Notes under the pieces: model-generated
What the model was told of the DNA's origin: nothing
Database searches by the model: none
Seen by the model: the letters and a program-made list of their open reading frames with translations, nothing else
Shown here: positions 27,200 through 36,159 of the stretch, piece after piece
Numbering within the stretch: the stretch's first letter is position 1
How the letters are laid out: each line of letters opens with the position of its first letter
Translations under genes and position numbers: made by a program
Source: an uncultured Planctomycetaceae bacterium
GTDB taxonomy: Bacteria > Planctomycetota > Planctomycetia > Pirellulales > Thermoguttaceae
Direction: 5' to 3'
DNA length: 64,000 nt
Assembly (NCBI GenBank): GCA_964475955.1
Contig: CAYYZY010000019.1
Coordinates: forward strand, 22 to 64,021

Positions 27200-27886
27200 C
27201 TACCCCTTCGACTCCAACTCCTTAATACGGATGCTGCGGAACTCGACGCGCGAGCGGTGCCCGATGAAGCCGAGGAAGCCCGATTTGCGGAAACGGCCCG
27301 GGTGGTCGTAGCCGTCCATTGGCTGGTCGATCTTCGAGAGGTCGGCGTCGACGATCACGGTGCCGTTGAGCGTAACGCGGATATGGGGCCCCCGGCAGAG
27401 GATCTCTTCGCAGTTCCATTCGCCGACCGGCTTCAGGTGGCCCGGCTTGGCCGGCACGAGCCCGTAAACCGAGCCGTGATACTGGTAAGGCTTCAGCTTG
27501 GCGTACTTGGGAGCCGTATCGTCGAGCACCTGGATCTCCATGCCCGCGCGCGAAGGACGCCCGTCCATCGGCGAACGGATAGCGATGCCGTTGTTCCCGC
27601 CGGGCTCCAGCTTGAACTCGAAGCGGAGGATGAAGTCGCCGTATTCCTTCTTGGTGAACAGCCGGCCGCCGCTCTCCTTCTTACTGGCCAGGACGCCGCC
27701 GTCGGCCACGTAGCCGTCGAGGGCGCCCTGCCAGCCCTCGAGCGTCTGCCCGTCGAAGAGGGGGACGAAGCCTTCCCGGGCCTCTTCCGGGCGGAGCCCT
27801 GTGGCGGGGCGGGGCGGATGGTTGTCTTGAGCGCATAGCACCGGTGCGTGCACCAGCAGCACCGCAGCGAGCGAAGTCCATCGCAT
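27200..27886 (-). CDS. DUF1080 (3-keto-disaccharide hydrolase-like) domain protein, secreted (second copy)
   Basis: ORF 27200..28015; likely ATG 27886 (MRWTSLAAVLLVHAPVLCA). FVPLFDGQTLEGWQG, GDFILRFEFKLEPGGNNGIAIRS, GFLGFIGHRSRVEFRSIRIKEL. Confidence 0.85.
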   Translation of the reverse strand: MRWTSLAAVLLVHAPVLCAQDNHPPRPATGLRPEEAREGFVPLFDGQTLEGWQGALDGYVADGGVLASKKESGGRLFTKKEYGDFILRFEFKLEPGGNNGIAIRSPMDGRPSRAGMEIQVLDDTAPKYAKLKPYQYHGSVYGLVPAKPGHLKPVGEWNCEEILCRGPHIRVTLNGTVIVDADLSKIDQPMDGYDHPGRFRKSGFLGFIGHRSRVEFRSIRIKELESKG

Positions 27887-28208
27887 GGGCAAACCTCGTT
27901 CTTCTTCTGGGGGCTCTTCCGTCCTCGACGCATCGTTCGTCACCGCCTCGCGCCGTCTCGGGCCGGCGCCGTTTACCAGGATAGTCGGACGCGACCGCGC
28001 TGCAAGGCGCACCATGCGACGGGCGTGGGCTCGTTGCGGCGTGATTCATCGGGGCGTCCGTGTGGCGGGGGCGCCCGTCGTCCTTGTCGCTCCTTGTCGG
28101 ACCGCATGAATGCGGTCACTGCGAACCGGTCGACGGGAGCCCAGTCCCTTGCCACGGCGCCCACCGGCGTGTTATACAAGGGAGCCCCAAGATGAGGAGA
28201 GCGGCCGG

Positions 28209-30764
28209 ATGAGGCCATCGAGGATTTGTGCGATGCGGATGGCGGCCGGCCTGTTGGCCGCCTGGCTTCTGGGCACCGTTGTTGCGTCGGCGAGCGAGAC
28301 GCCGGAGGAAAAAGCCCGCCCTACGGGAAGCGTGGCCGCGCGGGCGGGGATTCGCCGTCTGCGCCCGGAGACCTGGGGCCTGGTAGGCGTGAATGTAACC
28401 AACCCGGGCGACGAGCCGGCCGAGGTCGTCGCCGTGACGCACTTCGGAAGCGACGATAGCCTCCAGTATGCCCGACGGCTCTGGGTGCCCGGCGGGGCGA
28501 AGCGCTACAGCTGGTGTCCCGTACGACTACCGCGCCTTCCGCGCCCCGAAGGCGGGACACGGGAGGTGATCGGCAAGACCCAACTCCACTGGCTGCTGTA
28601 CGATCGGACCGGCGGGAAAGACGTTCCGATTCGCGATCCCAACGAGCAGGTCCTCGAATGGACGCTGCTGCCGGTCATCCACACGAAGTCGGTCACGGCC
28701 GTCGTTCGCGAGACACCACGGGGCGAATCGAGTGAGGCGGCGGCCGACGACGTGCTGCTTCCGGTGATCTCGGCCGCGCGCGTGAGCGTCGCCCACTCGC
28801 CGGCCGTCGCCGACCTGTTCGAGACCTTTCTCCCGCCGAATGTCGAGGCGCTGGATGGCTTGGACCAACTGGTCCTGGCAAGCGATCGGCTCGCCTCAGA
28901 CGCGGCGGCCCTGGCGGCCGTGCGACGCTGGCTGCTGGGCGGCGGCCGCCTCTGGATCATGCTCGACCGCGTCGACCCGGCCGTGGCCAGGCTTCTCTTG
29001 GGCCAGGGGTTTCGGTGCTGCGTGGTCGACCGGGTGGGGCTGACGCGCGTGCGCATCGACGACCCGGCCGGCGCCGCCCCCCCCGACGACGCGCCGCGCG
29101 AGTTCGACGAGCCGGTGGATCTGGTCCGCGTGCTGGCTCCCGAGGCGGAGCCGGCCTACACGGTGAACGGCTGGCCGGCCGCCTTCTGGCACGATGTCGG
29201 CGACGGCGAGGTGCTCTTCACCACGCTGGGCGCCGAGGCGTGGATCCAACCGGCCGGCGGCCCGCCGGGGCGCCCCCGCCGTGCCTCCGACGACGGCCCT
29301 TGGGTCGCCACGCCCCCCTTGGAGTCGCTCAGCCAGAGGTTGCACCAGGCACCGCCAACCCCGTTGCTCCAGCCGCGGCAGTTCGAGCCGTACCTGGCCG
29401 AGCAGATCGGCTATCGGATCGTCAGCCGCGGGTTCGTGGTGAAGGTGCTGGGGGCGTTCTGCCTGGTCTTGCTGGGCGCGGGACTCTGGTTGGCGCGCAC
29501 GCGGCGCCCGGAACGCCTGGGCTGGGTCGGGCCGCTGGCGGCCGCGGCGGCCGCGCTGGCGCTGGTCCTTGCCGGCCTGATGACGCGCCGCGGCGTGCCG
29601 CCGACCGTCGCGGCGGCCCAACTGGCGCAGGTCGACCCGCCCTCGGAATCCGTGCGCGCGACCGGGCTTATGGCGATGTACCACCGGCGGACTTCGTCGG
29701 AGCCCCTGGGCGCCGAACGGGGGGGCATGTTTTGGCCCGACATGACGGGCCTGTCGAGCACGACCCGGCGCCTCCTGTGGACCGACCTCGACGCCTGGCA
29801 CTGGGAGCGCCTCCCCTTGCCGCCCGGCGTGCGAACGGCCCCCTTAACTTTCACCCAACGGCTCAGCCAACCGGTCGAGACCCGGGCGACCTTCGGCCCT
29901 GAAGGGCTGACGGGCACGCTCGACATGGGGCCGTTCGAGGCGCCGGCCGACGTGCTGATCGCGGCGCCTTGCCGCCTCCGCATGGCCCTGGCGCCCGACG
30001 AGCAGGGGGCGTTCCGGGCGGGCGTCGACGACGTGCTGGCCCCGGGCCAGTTCATCGCGGCCGGCGTGCTCACCGACGAGCAGCGGCGGCGGCAGGCGAT
30101 CTACGCGGAGTTGCTCGGCCGGCCATCGGAACGCTTGTTCCCCGAACGGCCCTTGCTTCTGGCGTGGACGCGCCCGCTCGAAATGCGATTCACCTTCCAC
30201 GCCGAGGCGCAGCGGGCCGGCTCGGCGCTGGTCGCCGTGCCGCTGGAGATCGAGCCGACGCCGCCCGGCACGCGCGTCGTCATTCCGTCGCCTTTCCTCG
30301 ATTACCGCTCGGTGGACCGCCCGTTCGGCAAACTCTCGGCGGCCTACGGCAACGGCCTGCGAGAGTGGATCGAGATGCGCGTGCCGTCGACGGTCTGTTT
30401 GCGTTTCCAGGTCCCGCCGGAAGTGTTACCGATTCGGCTGGATCGCGCGCGCCTGACGGTCCGCATCCACGCGCCGTCGCGCGAAGTCGAAGCGTTGGGC
30501 TTCGCAGGTCCCTTGGACGGGGCCGACCCGCGACCCGTGAACGTCAAAAGCTGGGACGCGCCGATCGGCACGCTGCGCGTCGAGATCACCGACGCCGCCC
30601 TGCTCCAACTGGACGACGGCGGCGGTCTCCTGCTGGCCGTCGACGTGGGGGCCGATCCGTCGGCCGGCGCGGACGCCGACCTCGTCGCGGCCCCCGGAGC
30701 CGAGTGGAAAGTCCAATCGGTCGAACTGGAAGTCGGTGGAGAGACCCTTGAGCCGGACGCGTAG
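28209..30764 (+). CDS. Hypothetical large membrane-associated protein (first gene of an ABC-transporter operon)
   Basis: ORF 28110..30764; likely ATG 28209 (GAGGAG upstream) or 28233. Signal-like MRMAAGLLAAWLLGTVVASA. Two central TM segments (VVKVLGAFCLVLLGAGLWLA; LGWVGPLAAAAAALALVLAGL). No family recognised. Confidence 0.65.
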   Translation: MRPSRICAMRMAAGLLAAWLLGTVVASASETPEEKARPTGSVAARAGIRRLRPETWGLVGVNVTNPGDEPAEVVAVTHFGSDDSLQYARRLWVPGGAKRYSWCPVRLPRLPRPEGGTREVIGKTQLHWLLYDRTGGKDVPIRDPNEQVLEWTLLPVIHTKSVTAVVRETPRGESSEAAADDVLLPVISAARVSVAHSPAVADLFETFLPPNVEALDGLDQLVLASDRLASDAAALAAVRRWLLGGGRLWIMLDRVDPAVARLLLGQGFRCCVVDRVGLTRVRIDDPAGAAPPDDAPREFDEPVDLVRVLAPEAEPAYTVNGWPAAFWHDVGDGEVLFTTLGAEAWIQPAGGPPGRPRRASDDGPWVATPPLESLSQRLHQAPPTPLLQPRQFEPYLAEQIGYRIVSRGFVVKVLGAFCLVLLGAGLWLARTRRPERLGWVGPLAAAAAALALVLAGLMTRRGVPPTVAAAQLAQVDPPSESVRATGLMAMYHRRTSSEPLGAERGGMFWPDMTGLSSTTRRLLWTDLDAWHWERLPLPPGVRTAPLTFTQRLSQPVETRATFGPEGLTGTLDMGPFEAPADVLIAAPCRLRMALAPDEQGAFRAGVDDVLAPGQFIAAGVLTDEQRRRQAIYAELLGRPSERLFPERPLLLAWTRPLEMRFTFHAEAQRAGSALVAVPLEIEPTPPGTRVVIPSPFLDYRSVDRPFGKLSAAYGNGLREWIEMRVPSTVCLRFQVPPEVLPIRLDRARLTVRIHAPSREVEALGFAGPLDGADPRPVNVKSWDAPIGTLRVEITDAALLQLDDGGGLLLAVDVGADPSAGADADLVAAPGAEWKVQSVELEVGGETLEPDA

Positions 30765-30776
30765 TCGGAGACCGCA

Positions 30777-31742
30777 ATGAGCCAAGATGAGCCGGTTCTC
30801 GTAACCGATGGGTTGACCAAGAAATACGGCCGGCTGATCGCGCTGGACGGCCTGAGCATCGCGCTGGACCGGGGACAGATTCTCGGGTTCATCGGCCCCA
30901 ACGGGGCAGGCAAGACGACGACGATCAAGATCCTGGTCGGCCTGGCTCGGCCCACCAGCGGTTCGGCGCGCGTGGCGGGCGCCGACTGCGTGCGCGACGC
31001 GCGCAGGATCAAGCGCCTCGTCGGCTACATGCCCGACACGTTCGGCTCCTACGACAACATGCGGGTGCGGGAGTACCTCGATTTCTTCGGGGCCGCCTTC
31101 CGGATTCCTCGACCGCGGCGCGTCCGGCGAATCGAGGAAGTGCTGGAGATGACCGGCTCGGCCTACATGCAGGATCGCTACGTCGAGAGCCTCAGCTTCG
31201 GCATGAAGCAGCGGATCGGCATCGCCCGAACGCTGCTCCACGACCCGCAGGTCCTCTTCCTCGACGAGCCGGCCAGCGGCCTGGACCCCGGGGCGCGGAT
31301 CGAAATGCGCGAGACCCTGTTGCGCCTCGCCGAGGCGGGCAAGACGCTCGTGGTCACCAGCCACATCCTGCCGGAGCTGGCCAGGATCTGCGACCGGGTG
31401 GCGATCATCACGCAGGGGAAGCTGCGAGCGTTCGGGCCGTTGGACGAGATCACGCGCACCGTGAGCCAACGGCGGACGATCGAGGTGCAGTTGCCCGCGG
31501 CCGACCAGATCGAAAGCACCGTGGCCGAGTTGCGGCGCGCGCTGCCCGAGGGGCTGGAACCCACCGGCTCGGCCGCCGAGGCGATCGTCCGGTTCCCGTT
31601 TGAGGGGACGGAGGACGAGTTGGGCGGCCTGCTGGGCCGGCTCGTCGGGGCGGGGATCCGCGTCACCCAGTTCCGCGAGCTGGGGGCCGACCTGGAAGAC
31701 GCGTTCCTGTCGATCACGAAGAACGGAGACGACGAGCGTTGA
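30777..31742 (+). CDS. ABC transporter ATP-binding protein (ABC-2/CcmA-like)
   Basis: Walker A is GPNGAGKTTTIKIL, the signature is LSFGMKQRIGIARTL, and Walker B is VLFLDEPASGLDP. Confidence 0.9.
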   Translation: MSQDEPVLVTDGLTKKYGRLIALDGLSIALDRGQILGFIGPNGAGKTTTIKILVGLARPTSGSARVAGADCVRDARRIKRLVGYMPDTFGSYDNMRVREYLDFFGAAFRIPRPRRVRRIEEVLEMTGSAYMQDRYVESLSFGMKQRIGIARTLLHDPQVLFLDEPASGLDPGARIEMRETLLRLAEAGKTLVVTSHILPELARICDRVAIITQGKLRAFGPLDEITRTVSQRRTIEVQLPAADQIESTVAELRRALPEGLEPTGSAAEAIVRFPFEGTEDELGGLLGRLVGAGIRVTQFRELGADLEDAFLSITKNGDDER

Positions 31743-33397
31743 ACAACCCCATCGTCCAACGCGAGCTGACGTCGCTTCTGCGCACGCGCAAGGCGCTCGC
31801 GCTTCAGGTCGGCCTGGCCGCGGCGCTGAGCCTGCTGGTGGTGCTCCGGTGGCCCAGCGACGCGAGGATGGAGCTTTCCGGCGTGCGGTCGCGCGAGGTT
31901 TTCTGCCTGTTCGGGTACGGCATCCTGACGTTGCTCATTCTGCTGTCGCCGGCGTTCCCCGCCACGAGCCTGGTCCGCGAGAGAAACCGGGGCACGTTGG
32001 CCCTGTTGCTGAACTCGCCCATGCGGCCCTGGTCGATCTATTTCGGCAAGCTGGCGGGCGTACTGGGGTTTGCCCTCCTGCTGGTCGTGATGAGCCTTCC
32101 GGCGGCGGCGGCCTGTTACGCGATGGGCGGCGTGTCGTTGGTCGGCGACCTGGGGGCGCTCTACGTGCTGCTCGTGCTGGTGGCGTTCCAGTACGTGAGC
32201 CTGGGCTTGTTGGTGAGCAGCCTGGCCAACTCGACCGACGCCGCCCTGCGCATCACCTACGGCTTGGTGCTGCTGTTGGCCGTGGTGTCGATGGGGCCCC
32301 ACCTGTTCCTGCACGGAACCGGCGGCCGCTACGCCGAGCTGGCCGAATGGCTGCGGTGCCTGTCGCCCATCGCCGCCGTGATGGAACTGCTCGGCCACGG
32401 CGACGTCGGCTCGCAGGGGCTGATCTCCGCCTCGGGCGTGGCCGTGCGCTACGTGCTTCTATCCCTGGTGACCACCGCCCTGTTCATGATCCGCACCGTG
32501 GGCCGATTGAACCCCCGGCTCGTCGACCGCCCCCGCCCGCAGGGCGTCATCACCGACGAGCGCCCGCTCCTCCAGCGCCTGTTTCGGCGCATGGTGTTCG
32601 TCGTCGACCCGCAGCGCCGCAAGCCGGGGATCGGCCGTTGGACGAACCCGGTGATGGTCATGCAGTTCCGCTCGCGGCGGTTCGGCCGCCTGCACTGGAT
32701 CCTCCGCCTGGTGGCCGCCTGCGCCGTGGTCTCGCTGCTGCTGACCTACGCCGCGACGATGGGCACGCTCGACTGGGGCGTGGAGACGATCGGCGGCATC
32801 ATGGTCTTTTTGCAGGTGGCCCTGATCGTGCTGGTCACACCCAGCCTGGCCGTCGGGCTGATCAGCTCGGAGCGGGAGAGCGGCGGCTGGGACCTGCTCC
32901 GCATGACGCCCCTTTCGGTGGGGACGATCCTCCGCGGCAAACTGGCCAGCGTGTTGGCCACCCTGGTGCTGATCCTCTTCGCCACGCTGCCGGGCTATCT
33001 CGTCATGACGTGGATCCGCCCGGAAATGTGGGGCCAAATCTACCAACTGCTGGTCACGCTCGCCTGGATGGCGATCCTCGCATTGGCCGCCAGCGCGGCG
33101 GTGGGAAGCCTGTTCTCGCGGACCGCCCCGGCGACGACATCGGCCTACGTCCTCTTGGCCGCGTTGTGCGCCGGCACGATGCTCGTGTGGCTGGGTCGCG
33201 ACGCGCCGTTCGGCCACGTCACCGTCCAGTCGGTCCTGCTCGCCAATCCGCTGGCCGCCGCCCTCTCGGTCATCGAAACGCCCGGCTTCACCCAGTACAA
33301 CCTCGTCCCCGGCAACTGGTGGTTTTGCGGTTATGCCTCGGGCTTCTGCCTGATGGTCCTTGTCTTTCAGACCTGGCGCCTGGCCCGTCCCCGGTGA
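31739..33397 (+). CDS. ABC-2 type transporter permease (double-length, many TM segments)
   Basis: The TTG start overlaps the ATPase stop (TTGA). 552 aa beginning MNNPIVQRELTSLLRTRKALA, with at least 10 hydrophobic segments. Confidence 0.8.
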   Translation: MNNPIVQRELTSLLRTRKALALQVGLAAALSLLVVLRWPSDARMELSGVRSREVFCLFGYGILTLLILLSPAFPATSLVRERNRGTLALLLNSPMRPWSIYFGKLAGVLGFALLLVVMSLPAAAACYAMGGVSLVGDLGALYVLLVLVAFQYVSLGLLVSSLANSTDAALRITYGLVLLLAVVSMGPHLFLHGTGGRYAELAEWLRCLSPIAAVMELLGHGDVGSQGLISASGVAVRYVLLSLVTTALFMIRTVGRLNPRLVDRPRPQGVITDERPLLQRLFRRMVFVVDPQRRKPGIGRWTNPVMVMQFRSRRFGRLHWILRLVAACAVVSLLLTYAATMGTLDWGVETIGGIMVFLQVALIVLVTPSLAVGLISSERESGGWDLLRMTPLSVGTILRGKLASVLATLVLILFATLPGYLVMTWIRPEMWGQIYQLLVTLAWMAILALAASAAVGSLFSRTAPATTSAYVLLAALCAGTMLVWLGRDAPFGHVTVQSVLLANPLAAALSVIETPGFTQYNLVPGNWWFCGYASGFCLMVLVFQTWRLARPR

Positions 33398-33454
33398 GAT
33401 GCATGAACTGGTCCGTCTTCGTTACTGCGACACGACCGATCGCCGCCCACGCCC

Positions 33455-33518
33455 GTAGGGTGAGTCGCGTCCCTAGGGTGGGTCGCGTCCGTAGGGTGGG
33501 TCGAGGCACGAGACCCAC
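33455..33518. repeat. Tandem GTAGGGTGGGTCG REP-like units ending in a hairpin
   Basis: gtagggtgagtcgcgtcc / ctagggtgggtcgcgtcc / gtagggtgggtcgaggcacgagacccac. The last unit is GTAG plus the stem GTGGGTC-N9-GACCCAC. Confidence 0.75.
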
Positions 33519-33576
33519 GCGCCGCTCGCCCCGCCCGTTGCTTTTGCCGTTCCGGCGTGCGCTCACGCTGCCCGTC

Positions 33577-35289
33577 ATGCTCGTCTTCCTGACGATGGCC
33601 GTCGACGCGGCCGAAGTGGCGGAGGTCGACTCGGCCCGACATCAAGACCCCAAGCTCGATCTGGCGCCTGAGGTTACGGTCTACTCGCCGCGGCTTGAGC
33701 CGCTTTGGCTCGAAGCGCTGCGCGGGCCGGAGGTCGAGCTGCGGCGCCAGGCCGCCCAGACCATCGCCATGGCGCACCGCGAAGGCATGCCCGGCCTGGC
33801 CGACACGGCGGCCCCGCTCGTCGAGGCGATGGCGGCGCCCGACCAACACCCGGTCGTCGTGCTCGCCGCCGCGCAGGCGCTGGTGGCCATCGACGCGCGC
33901 CACGCGGCCCCGCAGTTGCACGCGCAGGCGAAGCGCGTGGGCGGAGAGTTGGCCGAGGTGGTCGAGCCGGCGTTGGCCGCCTGGGATTATCGGCCGATCC
34001 GCGACGTGTGGCTCGCGCGACTGCCGGACCCCGAAACGCGCCCTCGCGCGCTGCTCCTGGCGATCCGCGGGCTGCGTACCGTCGGGGAGCGCAAGGCGGA
34101 GCCGCACTTGCGGGAGATGGTCCTATCGGTCCAGGCGCCGTCCGACTTCCGCCTCGAGGCGGCCGTGGCGCTCGCCTCGATCGCGAAGGAAGGGCTGGAA
34201 GACGAAGCCCGAACGCTGGTCGCCCGCGAGCCGACGGCGACGTTGGTCGACCGCCTGGTGGCCGCGTCGCTCTTACGGGAGCACGAGGGCGAGGCGGCCC
34301 GGGAATTGATGCTCGAGCTGGCCGTCGACGCCGAGCCGGCCGTGGCCGCCATCGCGCTGGGGAGCCTGTTGGAGATCGACCCGCTGCTGGTGGTTCCGAT
34401 CGCCGAGCGCACGGTCGAGAGCGACGACGCGAACGTCCGCCGCCTCGGCGCCCGATCGCTGGTCGCCTGGCGGACCCCCGAAGCGGTCGCGCTTCTGGGC
34501 CCCATGCTCGACGACCCCCACCCCGACGTGCGCGGCTACGTGCGCCGCTCGCTGGTCGAGCTGGCGTCCGACGCCGACCTGGCCGAGCCGGTGATCGCCG
34601 AAGCGGTCGCCATGCTGGCGACCGACCGATGGCGCGGGCTGGAGCAAGCGTCGCTGGCGCTGGTCGCGTTGGATCACAAGCCGGCGGCCGGGCGGCTCGT
34701 GGAGCTCCTGGAGTTCGAGCGGCCGGAGGTGTTCGTTACGGCCGCGTGGGCGCTGCGCCGCCTGGCCGTACCCGATACGTTGGACGCCATGCTCGACAAG
34801 GCCCGCCGCCAGACGAAGCTGGCCGAAGGGGGCGGTGCGTTGCTGATCGACGTCGATCGGCAGGTCGCCCAACTGTTCGAAGCGTTCGGGCAGATGCGGC
34901 ACGCGGAAGCGGAGCCGCTGATGCTCGAGTACGTGCCCAAGCAGGTGCCGTTCGGGTTGGAGTCGCGGACCGCGGCCATCTGGGGGCTGGGACACCTGCA
35001 CGCCGGCGAGCCGGAGCCGGACCTTGTGGAGCGGTTCGTCGGGCGGCTCTCCGACACGAGCCCGATGTTCCCCGAAGCGCCGGAAGTCCGCACGATGGCG
35101 GCGATCAGCCTCGGGCGGATGCGCGCCGAAGACGCGCTGCCGACTTTGCGCAGGTTCGCGCAGGGCGACTTCCCCGAGGTCCAGCGTGCGTGCGCCTGGG
35201 CCCTCCACGAGATCACCGGCGAGCCGATGCCCAAGCTCGAAACGATCGAAATCCAGCGGAGGAACTGGTTCCTGGATCCGATCGACTGA
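33577..35289 (+). CDS. HEAT/PBS-lyase-like repeat protein
   Basis: C-terminal part of ORF 31600..35289. The start is uncertain: ATG 33577 (MLVFLTMAVDAAEV) or ATG 33403, which would read through the REP units. Repeated helical units, e.g. DANVRRLGARSLVAWRTPEAVALLGPMLDDPHPDVRGYVRRSLVEL. Confidence 0.7.
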   Translation: MLVFLTMAVDAAEVAEVDSARHQDPKLDLAPEVTVYSPRLEPLWLEALRGPEVELRRQAAQTIAMAHREGMPGLADTAAPLVEAMAAPDQHPVVVLAAAQALVAIDARHAAPQLHAQAKRVGGELAEVVEPALAAWDYRPIRDVWLARLPDPETRPRALLLAIRGLRTVGERKAEPHLREMVLSVQAPSDFRLEAAVALASIAKEGLEDEARTLVAREPTATLVDRLVAASLLREHEGEAARELMLELAVDAEPAVAAIALGSLLEIDPLLVVPIAERTVESDDANVRRLGARSLVAWRTPEAVALLGPMLDDPHPDVRGYVRRSLVELASDADLAEPVIAEAVAMLATDRWRGLEQASLALVALDHKPAAGRLVELLEFERPEVFVTAAWALRRLAVPDTLDAMLDKARRQTKLAEGGGALLIDVDRQVAQLFEAFGQMRHAEAEPLMLEYVPKQVPFGLESRTAAIWGLGHLHAGEPEPDLVERFVGRLSDTSPMFPEAPEVRTMAAISLGRMRAEDALPTLRRFAQGDFPEVQRACAWALHEITGEPMPKLETIEIQRRNWFLDPID

Positions 35290-35324
35290 GGACGGGCGCC
35301 AGGGCCAACCGTCGCCCCGCGGCC

Positions 35325-35347
35325 GTGGGGCACGTTTCCAACGTGCC
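35325..35347. repeat. Solo copy of the GGCACGTT-TCC-AACGTGCC hairpin (half of the 108-nt element), possible terminator
   Basis: gtggggcacgtttccaacgtgcc, identical to one arm of the 108-nt element, about 36 nt downstream of the HEAT gene stop. No U-tract follows. Confidence 0.6.
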
Positions 35348-35419
35348 TGGCCCGATGGAACTGTGCCCAGCGCCTTGTCTGCCCGATTCCGGCGGGGTGG
35401 CCTTGGGCAGCGCGCTGCG

Positions 35420-36049
35420 TCACAGATCCCCCAGCCCGCCAACGCCGACCTCGGCGAGGTGGTCGACCTCGTTGAGCGCGATCACCTGCCCGCGGCCGTG
35501 GTCGCCGAAGCGGACCGTGGTGATGGAGCCGTTGTGGAGCGATCCGAGCGGCTGTCCTTTGGGCAAGCCGGCCATCGCCTCCAGCGTGACGGTCATCAGC
35601 CGGCCGTGGCTGACGACCGCCGCCCGCCCATGCCCGGCTCCGCGGATCGCTTCCAACGCCGCGCAGCCCCGCCGGGCCAGCGCGCGGCGCGATTCACCGC
35701 CGGAGATGGTGAAGTCGGGGTCGCCGGAGGTCCATCGGGCGAGTTCTTCGGGGTAGCGTTCGGCCAGTTCGGTCCGGAGCTTGTCCTGGAAGATGCCGGC
35801 GTCGACCTCGCGGAGTCGCGGATCAGTGCGGATCTCCAGCCCGAGCCGGGCGGCGACGACCTCGGCGGTCTGCATCGCCCGGCGCAGGGGGCTGCTGTAG
35901 AGGGCCTCGATTCCCCGGTCGGCGAGCGCCCGGGCGGTCGCTTCGCTTTGGCGCCGCCCGAAGTCCGAAAGCGGCACGTCGGACTGCCCTTGCACGCGCC
36001 CTTCGGCGTTGTAGAGGCTCTGGCCGTGTCGAACGCAGTAGAGCAGCAT
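35420..36049 (-). CDS. Histidine phosphatase family protein (phosphoglycerate mutase-like)
   Basis: ORF 35420..36109; likely ATG 36049, giving MLLYCVRHGQSLYNAEGRVQGQSDVPLSDFGRRQ (RHG catalytic motif). Also SSPLRRAMQTAE and VVSHG. Confidence 0.85.
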   Translation of the reverse strand: MLLYCVRHGQSLYNAEGRVQGQSDVPLSDFGRRQSEATARALADRGIEALYSSPLRRAMQTAEVVAARLGLEIRTDPRLREVDAGIFQDKLRTELAERYPEELARWTSGDPDFTISGGESRRALARRGCAALEAIRGAGHGRAAVVSHGRLMTVTLEAMAGLPKGQPLGSLHNGSITTVRFGDHGRGQVIALNEVDHLAEVGVGGLGDL

Positions 36050-36159
36050 GCGCCGGCTCGCGGAGGGAGAGGAAGAAGAGAAGTCAATACTTAGCCCCGA
36101 GTGAATCACCCGGGGCTAAGTGAGGTCAACCAGATGCAGTCAACACGGTTCACGTGACG

